Shown here: one piece after another, positions 1 to 7,019 of the stretch
How the letters are laid out: each line of letters begins with the position of its first letter
How positions within the stretch are numbered: the first letter of the stretch is position 1
IMG/VR virus record: IMGVR_UViG_3300047457_000456
Span: 1 to 63,323 of that record
Source: a virus
Taxonomy: Duplodnaviria; Caudoviricetes
Strand: one strand, 5' to 3'
Length of the DNA: 63,323 nt
Notes under the pieces: generated by a model
The model's input: only the letters and a program-made list of their open reading frames with translations
What the model was told of the DNA's origin: nothing
Database searches by the model: none
Position numbers and translations under genes: made by a program

Positions 1-13
1 GGCTTGCCGGGTG
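1..13. repeat. Terminal 13-nt direct repeat (copy at 63311-63323); circular-assembly overlap or short terminal repeat
   Basis: GGCTTGCCGGGTG is both the first and the last 13 nt of the window. Confidence 0.85.
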
Positions 14-325
14 GGGTTGGCTGGGTATCCGGGGGGTGTCTAGGTGGGCGACGGGTCGCATAAGGCTCCCTCTGTATTATTAGGCATGGTTAGGCGATGT
101 CTACCATGTCCTTTGGCTGCCAGCCACGCTGTATCATCCTGAACTGAGCACGGCGATTCTAGTCCGTGAACCGAGCGAGTCGGATACACCCTAATCAACA
201 GTTTGAGCGATACTCCACAACCCTGTGTCGATGTTCTGTGGTTGGTAGCCAAGTTTCTAATCCTAGATAGTCAATCTCCTATTCCCGGAGGTGCGGATGG
301 TTTATTCTGTCCGTGCCATTCCGGG

Positions 326-442
326 GTATCCCTGTCGGTGCCACCAATGTCATATGACCTGCGGTGTCATGGTTCGACTCCATGTAAGGGGTATACCCCA
401 CGCTAAGTGGGGACACGTGGGGTGCGCCTACATATCACGCAC
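326..442 (+). ncRNA. Structured leader of first early gene (T-arm + hairpin + pseudoknot)
   Basis: CATGG-TTCGACT-CCATG (368-384), CCCCAC-GCTAA-GTGGGG (396-412), GTGGG/CCTAC + GTGCG/CGCAC (417-442). Confidence 0.5.
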
Positions 443-460
443 ATTTCATAGGAGTCTAAA

Positions 461-820
461 ATGACTACACAAACTCTTCTCGCCGCTTCCATCGACCGCA
501 TCGTCCTCGGACGAGAGAAGGTCAAGTTCGGAACGGTTTACACCCTCCTCTACACGACGGCTAAGGCCATCGAGGGTGGCCGTATCGAAGACGTTAAGCG
601 TGCAAACGCTCTCATTGAGCGTTCTATCGCTGACGGAAGCATCGAACTCCTCTGCACCGACGAGCAGATGGAAATGCTTGAGTGGGGATTGGACCAGCTC
701 GCTAAGTTCACAACTGGCGAATGCATGGCCATCAAGGAGCGCAAGCAACTGGATGCGGTTGCTCTGCGTGTTGCTGACTTCAACCGTAAGGTTGCCCAGT
801 CGGCACAGTACGAGTTCTAA
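461..820 (+). CDS. Hypothetical early protein (119 aa)
   Basis: AGGAG RBS, ATG, strongly biased C/G-ending codons. Confidence 0.85.
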   Translation: MTTQTLLAASIDRIVLGREKVKFGTVYTLLYTTAKAIEGGRIEDVKRANALIERSIADGSIELLCTDEQMEMLEWGLDQLAKFTTGECMAIKERKQLDAVALRVADFNRKVAQSAQYEF

Positions 821-841
821 GAACTCACGATTGACAATCTG

Positions 842-873
842 GGAGTTTGGTGCATCTCCGGCAAAATGCACCA
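842..873 (+). ncRNA. H-type pseudoknot element, divergent copy
   Basis: GGAG(842-845)/CTCC(856-859) and TGGTGCAT(848-855)/ATGCACCA(866-873), upstream of AAGGAG RBS. Confidence 0.55.
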
Positions 874-900
874 CTATCTAGTTCCAAGGAGAAACGACAA

Positions 901-1071
901 ATGGTAAGCAAGCAACTGTATCTCGCCCTCTGCATTAAGATGCGCCTTCAATCGGCGCATTTCCAGATCAAACTGGACAACAATGGTGAGACACCAAGTT
1001 GGTATGTCCGCCGTATCCTCTTCCTAAACCGGGTAATCCGCAAGGAAGAGGCCAAAGCGTTTGGCCGGTAG
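901..1071 (+). CDS. Hypothetical basic protein (56 aa)
   Basis: AAGGAG RBS before ATG 901 (start revised from ORF track 847). Confidence 0.75.
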   Translation: MVSKQLYLALCIKMRLQSAHFQIKLDNNGETPSWYVRRILFLNRVIRKEEAKAFGR

Positions 1072-1123
1072 GCTGGTGCCTTGTAGGGGTTCGATTCCCC
1101 TACTACCTTTTTCCCAATAGGGA
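1067..1123 (+). ncRNA. Mini-tRNA-like element copy 1 + downstream hairpin
   Basis: GGTAG/CTACC + TAGGGG-TTCGATT-CCCCTA; linker GCTGGT; then TCCC-AATA-GGGA. Confidence 0.8.
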
Positions 1124-1141
1124 TGTTTGAAGGAGAAACCG

Positions 1142-1537
1142 ATGAATACTCATCAATTGGCAATGCTGAGGACCTTGGCCCTGATGTCTAAGGAAGAGCT
1201 TAGTAAGCTCAACATCAAAGGTCGTGACATCCACGACGTGACACGGAAGGTCACCTATCGTGACCAGAAGGGTGTCGAGACGGACTTCCTCGTTGACCTC
1301 AAATTCGCAATGAGGCATCACCGAGACCCCGAATGGAAGGGCTATTTAGTTGCACCATCGACGTGCGACAACCCTAGCTGTCCATTCCATACGGGACGCA
1401 CATTCGTGTACGTCTTTGATTACAAGGGATGGGGGAAGACGGAATGGATGTGGGATGCCCCCGATGGTGAGGGGGTTGACAGTGGTTGCGGAGACCACTC
1501 TTGGCTGACCGACGACATGAAGGTCGAGGTCAAGTAG
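1142..1537 (+). CDS. Hypothetical early protein
   Basis: AAGGAG RBS, ATG 1142; contains a CxxxxCxxH segment. Confidence 0.8.
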   Translation: MNTHQLAMLRTLALMSKEELSKLNIKGRDIHDVTRKVTYRDQKGVETDFLVDLKFAMRHHRDPEWKGYLVAPSTCDNPSCPFHTGRTFVYVFDYKGWGKTEWMWDAPDGEGVDSGCGDHSWLTDDMKVEVK

Positions 1538-1589
1538 ATAGACTGGGAAACCGGGGTTCGATTCCCCGGCTATCTTTCCCCAACAGGGG
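1536..1589 (+). ncRNA. Mini-tRNA-like element copy 2 + downstream hairpin
   Basis: AGATAG/CTATCT + CCGGGG-TTCGATT-CCCCGG; linker ACTGGG; then CCCC-AACA-GGGG. Confidence 0.8.
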
Positions 1590-1609
1590 TTTGTTTGAGG
1601 AGAAAGACA

Positions 1610-2098
1610 ATGATTACATTGATGTTTGACCACCCGACATTGGAAGCCACCATCAACGCAGGAATCACCACGTTCTGCCAGCGTGGCAACATCGCCATGC
1701 CGAAGAACGGCGATACCGTTGCATTGGCGTATGCCATTGCAAAAGATGTGCGCCCATATGGAATGATGTTCACTCACCAGATCCACCTTACGGACGATTT
1801 ATTTATTCAGCCGAAACACATTGACGACGAGCGCCACACATGTGAGTGGCTCGTATACCGTCACTGCCGAGTGGTGATTGACGGAGTTACAGTGGACGCA
1901 CCTGTCCACGTGGCCAACTTTGGCTGGTCGTCTGATTCATACAAACATGAGCCAGCCGAATATGGCAAGTATTGCTATCTAGCTGTCATGAGGGGGAATG
2001 AGAATACCCCCACGTGGGAGCAGATGTACTACGACCGAGAGTTGTTCTATGTAGAGTTTGAACGACAGAACATTGAGAAGATCAACGCTGGACGGTAG
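1610..2098 (+). CDS. Hypothetical early protein
   Basis: GAGGAG RBS, ATG 1610. Confidence 0.8.
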   Translation: MITLMFDHPTLEATINAGITTFCQRGNIAMPKNGDTVALAYAIAKDVRPYGMMFTHQIHLTDDLFIQPKHIDDERHTCEWLVYRHCRVVIDGVTVDAPVHVANFGWSSDSYKHEPAEYGKYCYLAVMRGNENTPTWEQMYYDRELFYVEFERQNIEKINAGR

Positions 2099-2150
2099 AG
2101 CTGGTGCTAAGCCGGGGTTCGATTCCACGGCTACCTTTCCCCAATAGGGG
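2094..2150 (+). ncRNA. Mini-tRNA-like element copy 3 + downstream hairpin
   Basis: GGTAG/CTACC + CCGGGG-TTCGATT-CCACGG (one mismatch); then CCCC-AATA-GGGG. Confidence 0.78.
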
Positions 2151-2176
2151 TTTGTTTGAGAAGGAGAATGGGAACT

Positions 2177-2395
2177 ATGTTTGAAGGATGGTTTACAGCT
2201 CACGGCTTCACATGTCGATGGTGGCCAGCAGAACACAACAACACATGGATATGCATTTCGACCAGCAATGGTCTCAATAAGCAGAAGGTGTACGTTGTTT
2301 CGCAGTCTCAACTGCGAGACAGGCTGTCTGATGCAGCCAAGACCTTGCCAAATGGCGAGGTCATAATCCCGCAAATCAAAATGATTGGCAACTAG
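2177..2395 (+). CDS. Hypothetical early protein
   Basis: AAGGAG RBS; ATG 2177 has better spacing than 2168. Confidence 0.7.
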   Translation: MFEGWFTAHGFTCRWWPAEHNNTWICISTSNGLNKQKVYVVSQSQLRDRLSDAAKTLPNGEVIIPQIKMIGN

Positions 2396-2454
2396 GTAGG
2401 CTGGTGCTAGGCTGGGGTTCGATTCCCCAGCTACCTTTTCTCCCTAGTGGAGAA
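2394..2454 (+). ncRNA. Mini-tRNA-like element copy 4 + downstream hairpin
   Basis: AGGTAG/CTACCT + CTGGGG-TTCGATT-CCCCAG; then TTCTCC-CTAGT-GGAGAA. Confidence 0.8.
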
Positions 2455-2472
2455 GTTTGAAGGAGAAAGACA

Positions 2473-2652
2473 ATGACGGAAAGAGAAAAAAGAATAGCTG
2501 CAATCAATGCAAAAATGCCAGAAGGCCAACAACTGCCAGCTGATTATTGCGTGGCAGATACGGTGGCTATGGTCATTAACTTGTTGCTTGCAAGCCTCGT
2601 CGTTGGCACGATTATGTATGACATGATCGTCACACTTATGTCGAAAGGGTAA
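2473..2652 (+). CDS. Small membrane protein (59 aa, not in ORF track)
   Basis: AAGGAG RBS; MTEREKRIAAINAK...AMVINLLLASLVVGTIMYDMIVTLMSKG, hydrophobic C-half. Confidence 0.7.
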   Translation: MTEREKRIAAINAKMPEGQQLPADYCVADTVAMVINLLLASLVVGTIMYDMIVTLMSKG

Positions 2653-2656
2653 TCTA

Positions 2657-2842
2657 ATGCAGAATCTCGTAAATCGTAATCGTAAATTGGTTGATGCCAA
2701 CACTGGCCTCACCATGCTCTGCGTGGCACTGGCAATCATGTGCCTCGCATGTTTCACGCAGAACATCAAGCTGCGTGAGAAGAACGCACACCTTGATGAC
2801 AGAATCGCTAACGCAGAGGCAGTCTGCGGACAGAAGTTCTAA
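2657..2842 (+). CDS. Small membrane protein
   Basis: One hydrophobic helix followed by a coiled-coil-like segment. Confidence 0.65.
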   Translation: MQNLVNRNRKLVDANTGLTMLCVALAIMCLACFTQNIKLREKNAHLDDRIANAEAVCGQKF

Positions 2843-2877
2843 TCACTATGGGGGATGCGCATCCTACACGCATACTA
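2843..2877 (+). repeat. 35-nt exact intergenic repeat, pseudoknot-family variant (copy A)
   Basis: TCACTATGGGGGATGCGCATCCTACACGCATACTA identical to 3037-3071. Confidence 0.9.
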
Positions 2878-2895
2878 GAAAGGAGATTAAATAGC

Positions 2896-3036
2896 ATGAA
2901 TATTCAAGACATCATTGCCACTGTCTGCTTAGTGCCAGTTGCCTTTGTTGCTATTGGGTCAGCAATATGTTTGCTCTGTATGCCTTTTCACTACCTTTCA
3001 GATTATATGCATTTAATCTGTAGGAAAAAGTCTTAG
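2896..3036 (+). CDS. Small membrane protein (46 aa)
   Basis: AAGGAG RBS, hydrophobic helix; flanked by the 35-nt repeats. Confidence 0.65.
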   Translation: MNIQDIIATVCLVPVAFVAIGSAICLLCMPFHYLSDYMHLICRKKS

Positions 3037-3071
3037 TCACTATGGGGGATGCGCATCCTACACGCATACTA
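3037..3071 (+). repeat. 35-nt exact intergenic repeat, pseudoknot-family variant (copy B)
   Basis: Identical to 2843-2877, begins right after TAG. Confidence 0.9.
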
Positions 3072-3085
3072 CAAAGGAGATAGAG

Positions 3086-3301
3086 ATGAAGAAAGAACAA
3101 GAAGCCCACGACAAGGCATTGCAAGCCATGCATGAGTTCTTCTGGAACCGCAAGCCTACCGATCCGTTGGTAGAAACCATGCGTAGACAGAAGGAACTGG
3201 TTGAAGCATGGCATCAGGCCGAGAAGGCATACAAAGCAGCATACGCAGAAGCTATGCGTAAGAAGTTCCTCGACTTAGGAGATACAAATGAAGCAGTATG
3301 A
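3086..3301 (+). CDS. Hypothetical helical protein
   Basis: AAGGAG RBS; overlaps next gene. Confidence 0.75.
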   Translation: MKKEQEAHDKALQAMHEFFWNRKPTDPLVETMRRQKELVEAWHQAEKAYKAAYAEAMRKKFLDLGDTNEAV

Positions 3302-3707
3302 ATGTGGTTTCGGTAACAAGCGTGTTGATATAGGATTTCACACGTACTACGCAGTGTGTGCTGACACACCTGAAGCAATCAGCTACAAACTTGATCTACT
3401 CAAAGACAGCTTACGGCATCGATTTGAGTTTACGCATCAAGATACAGGAGCACTTTGGTCTTTTGATGTAAAGAAGATACATGTGTACACAGTCACCAAA
3501 AAGTACAGTCTGAATCGTGGGTCAATCAAAGAATGTCTGTCTGTACCACCTGACATTTCTTTCAGTATCGCTCTCGAAGGCAGGTGCGCCCTGCATACAG
3601 AGGGCAAGGCAAGTTGTCCCGATGATGCTTGCCAATACTTAAGGGCAGCTCTTGATAGGGCTATCCCTGAATCAATCGGAATAAACTTTTTTGAGGTAAT
3701 CAAATGA
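3288..3707 (+). CDS. Hypothetical protein
   Basis: AGGAG RBS; ATGA coupling to next gene. Confidence 0.75.
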   Translation: MKQYECGFGNKRVDIGFHTYYAVCADTPEAISYKLDLLKDSLRHRFEFTHQDTGALWSFDVKKIHVYTVTKKYSLNRGSIKECLSVPPDISFSIALEGRCALHTEGKASCPDDACQYLRAALDRAIPESIGINFFEVIK

Positions 3708-4027
3708 ACACACAACCAATCTACACAGCTAAAGAACTCGCACAGATCGAGAAGATTCGTCAACGTGCTATCGATCGGGCTAACCGAAAGCCTAAGCCTA
3801 AGATCTTCACGACTCGCCTAAACAAGTCCGAATACAAGTACCTTGTGTCGGCTGTTGGGCGTGACATCCTGTGCAAGGCTGTAGATACTACACAAGCACA
3901 GACCTACACATCAGAAGCTGCTGCTGAGAAGATGCTATTGGCTCTGGCTGTAAGCCCACAAGAGCATGGTGTACTACTACGCTTTGCCAAAATGGTAGCC
4001 GACAAGAAGGCACAACTCAGCCAGTAG
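3704..4027 (+). CDS. Hypothetical protein
   Basis: GAGGT RBS, translational coupling. Confidence 0.75.
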   Translation: MNTQPIYTAKELAQIEKIRQRAIDRANRKPKPKIFTTRLNKSEYKYLVSAVGRDILCKAVDTTQAQTYTSEAAAEKMLLALAVSPQEHGVLLRFAKMVADKKAQLSQ

Positions 4028-4105
4028 GGGTGTAAATAAAGAGGGGTGTAAAATTTATACCCCTCAATTTTTACTAGGGGGGAGGGTGTAAAATTTACTA
4101 CCCTC
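4026..4105. repeat. Triple GGGTGTAAA repeat; two copies inside inverted repeats
   Basis: GAGGGGT-GTAAAATTTAT-ACCCCTC (4041-4065) and GAGGGT-GTAAAATTTACT-ACCCTC (4082-4105), partial copy 4026-4036. Confidence 0.75.
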
Positions 4106-4141
4106 ATTACATTGAAGGAAAAGCAATAAGGAACTATAGTA

Positions 4142-4369
4142 ATGGCACGTGAGAAGAAGGTAGAGAGAGATATCCGCATTGAGTATCCATCAAGGAAGAC
4201 AACGGATGATTCATACAAAGCCAAGTGGGGCGTGTATGAGTACATTGTCAAGGAAGATGGCACTGTAGACCGCAGGTTCCTGCAAGACTTTGATTACCGT
4301 GACATGGCAGTCGAGGCTTACCCTGAAGCCACATTCAAGCCGAGCGGATATGTGAACCCAGAACTATGA
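4142..4369 (+). CDS. Hypothetical protein
   Basis: TAAGGA RBS, ATGA coupling. Confidence 0.75.
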   Translation: MAREKKVERDIRIEYPSRKTTDDSYKAKWGVYEYIVKEDGTVDRRFLQDFDYRDMAVEAYPEATFKPSGYVNPEL

Positions 4370-4686
4370 GATTCCAAGTAGGCTCGCGAGTACGTAATGT
4401 ACGACGACCAGATGTGATTGGTGTGGTGACATCACTTGATGCACCCGCCAATCAGTGGAAGGTGCGACCAGAAGACTTTCGCATCACCGTCAAGTACCCA
4501 CGGGTAACTAAGACGAGCAATGGCAAGTGGAAAGGAGGCGAACTGGACGAGTTGCCAGCTGACCTTCTCCTCACAGGAGAAAAGCCACATGAGGCATACA
4601 CAGAACTACTCAAGAAGAATGCCTACGGTGTTGTAGCAAACATCGGGGCATGGGACAAGAAGAAAGCTAACGAGAGAAAGACATGA
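4366..4686 (+). CDS. Hypothetical protein with SH3/KOW-like N-terminus
   Basis: MRFQVGSRV...IGVV pattern typical of small beta-barrel phage proteins. Confidence 0.65.
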   Translation: MRFQVGSRVRNVRRPDVIGVVTSLDAPANQWKVRPEDFRITVKYPRVTKTSNGKWKGGELDELPADLLLTGEKPHEAYTELLKKNAYGVVANIGAWDKKKANERKT

Positions 4687-4799
4687 CAGCGATAGTAATA
4701 TGCTCATGCATAGCCATCCTTTCAATCATCGGTTTGATCGGATGGTTTTTTAATTCAATAGAAGAAGCACAGAAAAGGATAGACGACAGAGATGAATAA
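4683..4799 (+). CDS. Small membrane peptide (38 aa, not in ORF track)
   Basis: MTAIVICSCIAILSIIGLIGWFF...; fills the gap and overlaps both neighbours. Confidence 0.55.
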   Translation: MTAIVICSCIAILSIIGLIGWFFNSIEEAQKRIDDRDE

Positions 4800-5178
4800 C
4801 ATTATCGAGCCACACATTCTCGCAACTCAAGTTCTCCGCGCTTACAGTAAGCACGAAGAGATCACTAACATCGAGTTCCACAATGACTTCAACATGCGGT
4901 CTAAGCACCGCTGTAACCTCAATGGGACAATCAACATCACACTTATCATGCAGTATGAACGCATGACTAACGCCGTATACAGGCTCAACCTTTCCATCCA
5001 CGACAAGACGTGGCGCATCAAGAGTGACGGTTACATCAAAGATGTCAACGTTGCATACGACCAATCATGCCCGGATTGCCAGCCAACATACATGATGATG
5101 CGAATGTACGCTGAGACATTCGTAGATACTGTACTCAAGCTCAAGACCGTTGAAGGTCATGGGTTCCTCGTAGACTAA
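4792..5178 (+). CDS. Hypothetical protein
   Basis: ORF in operon; CxxC near C-terminus. Confidence 0.75.
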   Translation: MNNIIEPHILATQVLRAYSKHEEITNIEFHNDFNMRSKHRCNLNGTINITLIMQYERMTNAVYRLNLSIHDKTWRIKSDGYIKDVNVAYDQSCPDCQPTYMMMRMYAETFVDTVLKLKTVEGHGFLVD

Positions 5179-5213
5179 TCACTACTGAGGGGTGCGTCTC
5201 AGTGACAACGCAC
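5179..5213 (+). ncRNA. H-type pseudoknot element
   Basis: CTGAG/CTCAG and GTGCGT/ACGCAC, starting right after TAA. Confidence 0.75.
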
Positions 5214-5229
5214 AAGAAAGAGAAAACAA

Positions 5230-5538
5230 ATGCTTACACACTACCTTAACCTCATCCTTAACTACGCCTATCGTCGCATCCATCCCGGCGGTGCGTTTGA
5301 GGCATTCATCAAGCAACAGCCTGATGCCATTTACAGACTGGATAAAGATGCACAGCGCAACCTTGCAGAGATCTGGAAGTTTGCATATCAGCATCTTGAC
5401 CACAGTTCATGGGGCGCACAAGGCTTTGAGAACTGGGTGGCAGGTACACCTACAGAAGCAGAGCTTACAGACTACTACAAATACTACAACGACTTAATCA
5501 AAACAGATTGGACACAGGTGGATACAAGTCATGGCTAA
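5230..5538 (+). CDS. Hypothetical phage protein
   Basis: PGG.F.A...WG..NW pattern resembling other small phage proteins. Confidence 0.75.
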   Translation: MLTHYLNLILNYAYRRIHPGGAFEAFIKQQPDAIYRLDKDAQRNLAEIWKFAYQHLDHSSWGAQGFENWVAGTPTEAELTDYYKYYNDLIKTDWTQVDTSHG

Positions 5539-5803
5539 CTACCCGTATATTTACACTTGCCAGTGTTATGACTTTGAGGGTCGAGAATTCGGCCCTCCTA
5601 TTGTTTGGAGAACTGCAGCATGGGCTAAAACGTGGTCTCGATACAGAGTTATTATTCAAGAAGAAACCACACCCGTAATGAATGTACGGATAACACGTAG
5701 AAGGAATGGAGCATACATCGATGAGCCGTTCATGCTAGTCTGGTTTGATAACAAAACTGGACAACCAACACAGACACGAAAGAAGGAACATTTAATCAAA
5801 TGA
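5531..5803 (+). CDS. Hypothetical protein
   Basis: Overlap-coupled ORF. Confidence 0.7.
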   Translation: MANYPYIYTCQCYDFEGREFGPPIVWRTAAWAKTWSRYRVIIQEETTPVMNVRITRRRNGAYIDEPFMLVWFDNKTGQPTQTRKKEHLIK

Positions 5804-6138
5804 TTTACACAGAACGAGAAATAGTAACCACGTTGTATGACATCCAACGTGCTATACAAAAAATCGATCCAGTGATGTTTGGATGCCTTAACGAAGATCA
5901 TATTCTTAAGATCATGCAGAGTTCGCTTGGTCGCAAAATCAAAATAGATAAAGAGTTATACGGCACAGTTATGTTTCTTAATGAAGTCATAGTCCTGTTG
6001 TACAACGCTAAACAGAAAGACATACCAGAAGATCTGAATGTCTATCTTGAAACATGGAGATTAGCAATCTATCCCCTGTTCAAACATTATGTTGAAGAAC
6101 GTGCTGGCCGATTCATCTTTGTTCGCGTAAAGAAATAA
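5800..6138 (+). CDS. Hypothetical protein
   Basis: ATGA-coupled ORF. Confidence 0.7.
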   Translation: MIYTEREIVTTLYDIQRAIQKIDPVMFGCLNEDHILKIMQSSLGRKIKIDKELYGTVMFLNEVIVLLYNAKQKDIPEDLNVYLETWRLAIYPLFKHYVEERAGRFIFVRVKK

Positions 6139-6173
6139 CTAGATGTGAGGGGTGCGTCTCACTAACAACGCAC
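6139..6173 (+). ncRNA. H-type pseudoknot element
   Basis: GTGAG/CTCAC and GTGCGT/ACGCAC, right after TAA. Confidence 0.75.
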
Positions 6174-6188
6174 AGAAAGAGAAACAAA

Positions 6189-6692
6189 ATGTCAACAATT
6201 AATATTCACTCCGATTACTTCAAGTCTAGCTTGCTCGCCCTCAAGGGCAAGATCGATGATGGCATTGCAAGGTCATATGATTACTACCAAGTTTGTTATC
6301 ATGACGACACTCAGTTCATTAACAATCACAGAATCAATGCTGCATATCGGTTGCGCTTTAATGCCGCAAGTGTAGACGATAATGGCGTTATGACAATGCT
6401 TGATAAACCAGTAGCGTTGATAACTGCTGAACTTGAGTATCGTGAGTCAAAAGATAGTACTGATAGTTGTGCATCAAAGAAGAAGGCATACGATGTCATA
6501 CTTCCTGATGGCACACTGGAAGAACAAATAGATTACGCCATTGAGGTATTCAAGACCGTGATTACTGAGAATCAGATACCACAAATCCCACTGGACTTTT
6601 GGAGGTTTGCATCGGAAGGTATGGCAAAGTGGGAAAAGGCATACGAAGTCACACTCAAGGCTCATCAACTAACTCTGTCCGCTAAGGACTAA
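6189..6692 (+). CDS. Hypothetical protein
   Basis: 167-aa ORF bounded by pseudoknot elements. Confidence 0.8.
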   Translation: MSTINIHSDYFKSSLLALKGKIDDGIARSYDYYQVCYHDDTQFINNHRINAAYRLRFNAASVDDNGVMTMLDKPVALITAELEYRESKDSTDSCASKKKAYDVILPDGTLEEQIDYAIEVFKTVITENQIPQIPLDFWRFASEGMAKWEKAYEVTLKAHQLTLSAKD

Positions 6693-6727
6693 CTGGATGT
6701 GAGGGGTGCGTCTCACCGACAACGCAC
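6693..6727 (+). ncRNA. H-type pseudoknot element
   Basis: GTGAG/CTCAC and GTGCGT/ACGCAC, right after TAA. Confidence 0.75.
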
Positions 6728-6749
6728 AACCACACACTAAGGAAACACT

Positions 6750-7013
6750 ATGAAGTACACAATACACACATTTCGTTCTCTCGTTGACGAGATGATGATT
6801 GATCACGTTGGATTAACAACCAATGACCTACCAGACGTAAGCCTGTGGGATTACTTTGATCCAGATGAAGACTATACACAAGAAGAAATATCTGAAGCTG
6901 CAATGCAAGCTGTCATGGCAGTACTTGAAGAGGGAGATTGTCCACAAGACATCATCGACTCTATTGTTTCCGCTGTTACAAGCATGGAAGCACGAACACT
7001 GAGAGGAATATAA
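6750..7013 (+). CDS. Small acidic protein
   Basis: TAAGGA RBS; D/E-rich. Confidence 0.75.
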   Translation: MKYTIHTFRSLVDEMMIDHVGLTTNDLPDVSLWDYFDPDEDYTQEEISEAAMQAVMAVLEEGDCPQDIIDSIVSAVTSMEARTLRGI

Positions 7014-7019
7014 ATAACA

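Noticed and set aside
831-860. Sigma70 promoter from perfect TTGACA
   Set aside because: No convincing -10 at 16-18 nt; the downstream sequence is better explained as a pseudoknot
1067-2454. CRISPR array or true tRNA genes
   Set aside because: The repeats are separated by whole genes, vary in sequence and have no cas genes nearby; they lack anticodon and D stems, so they are not decoding tRNAs
1067-6727. Integron attC cassette array
   Set aside because: No RYYYAAC...GTTRRRY core sites recognised and no integrase in the window
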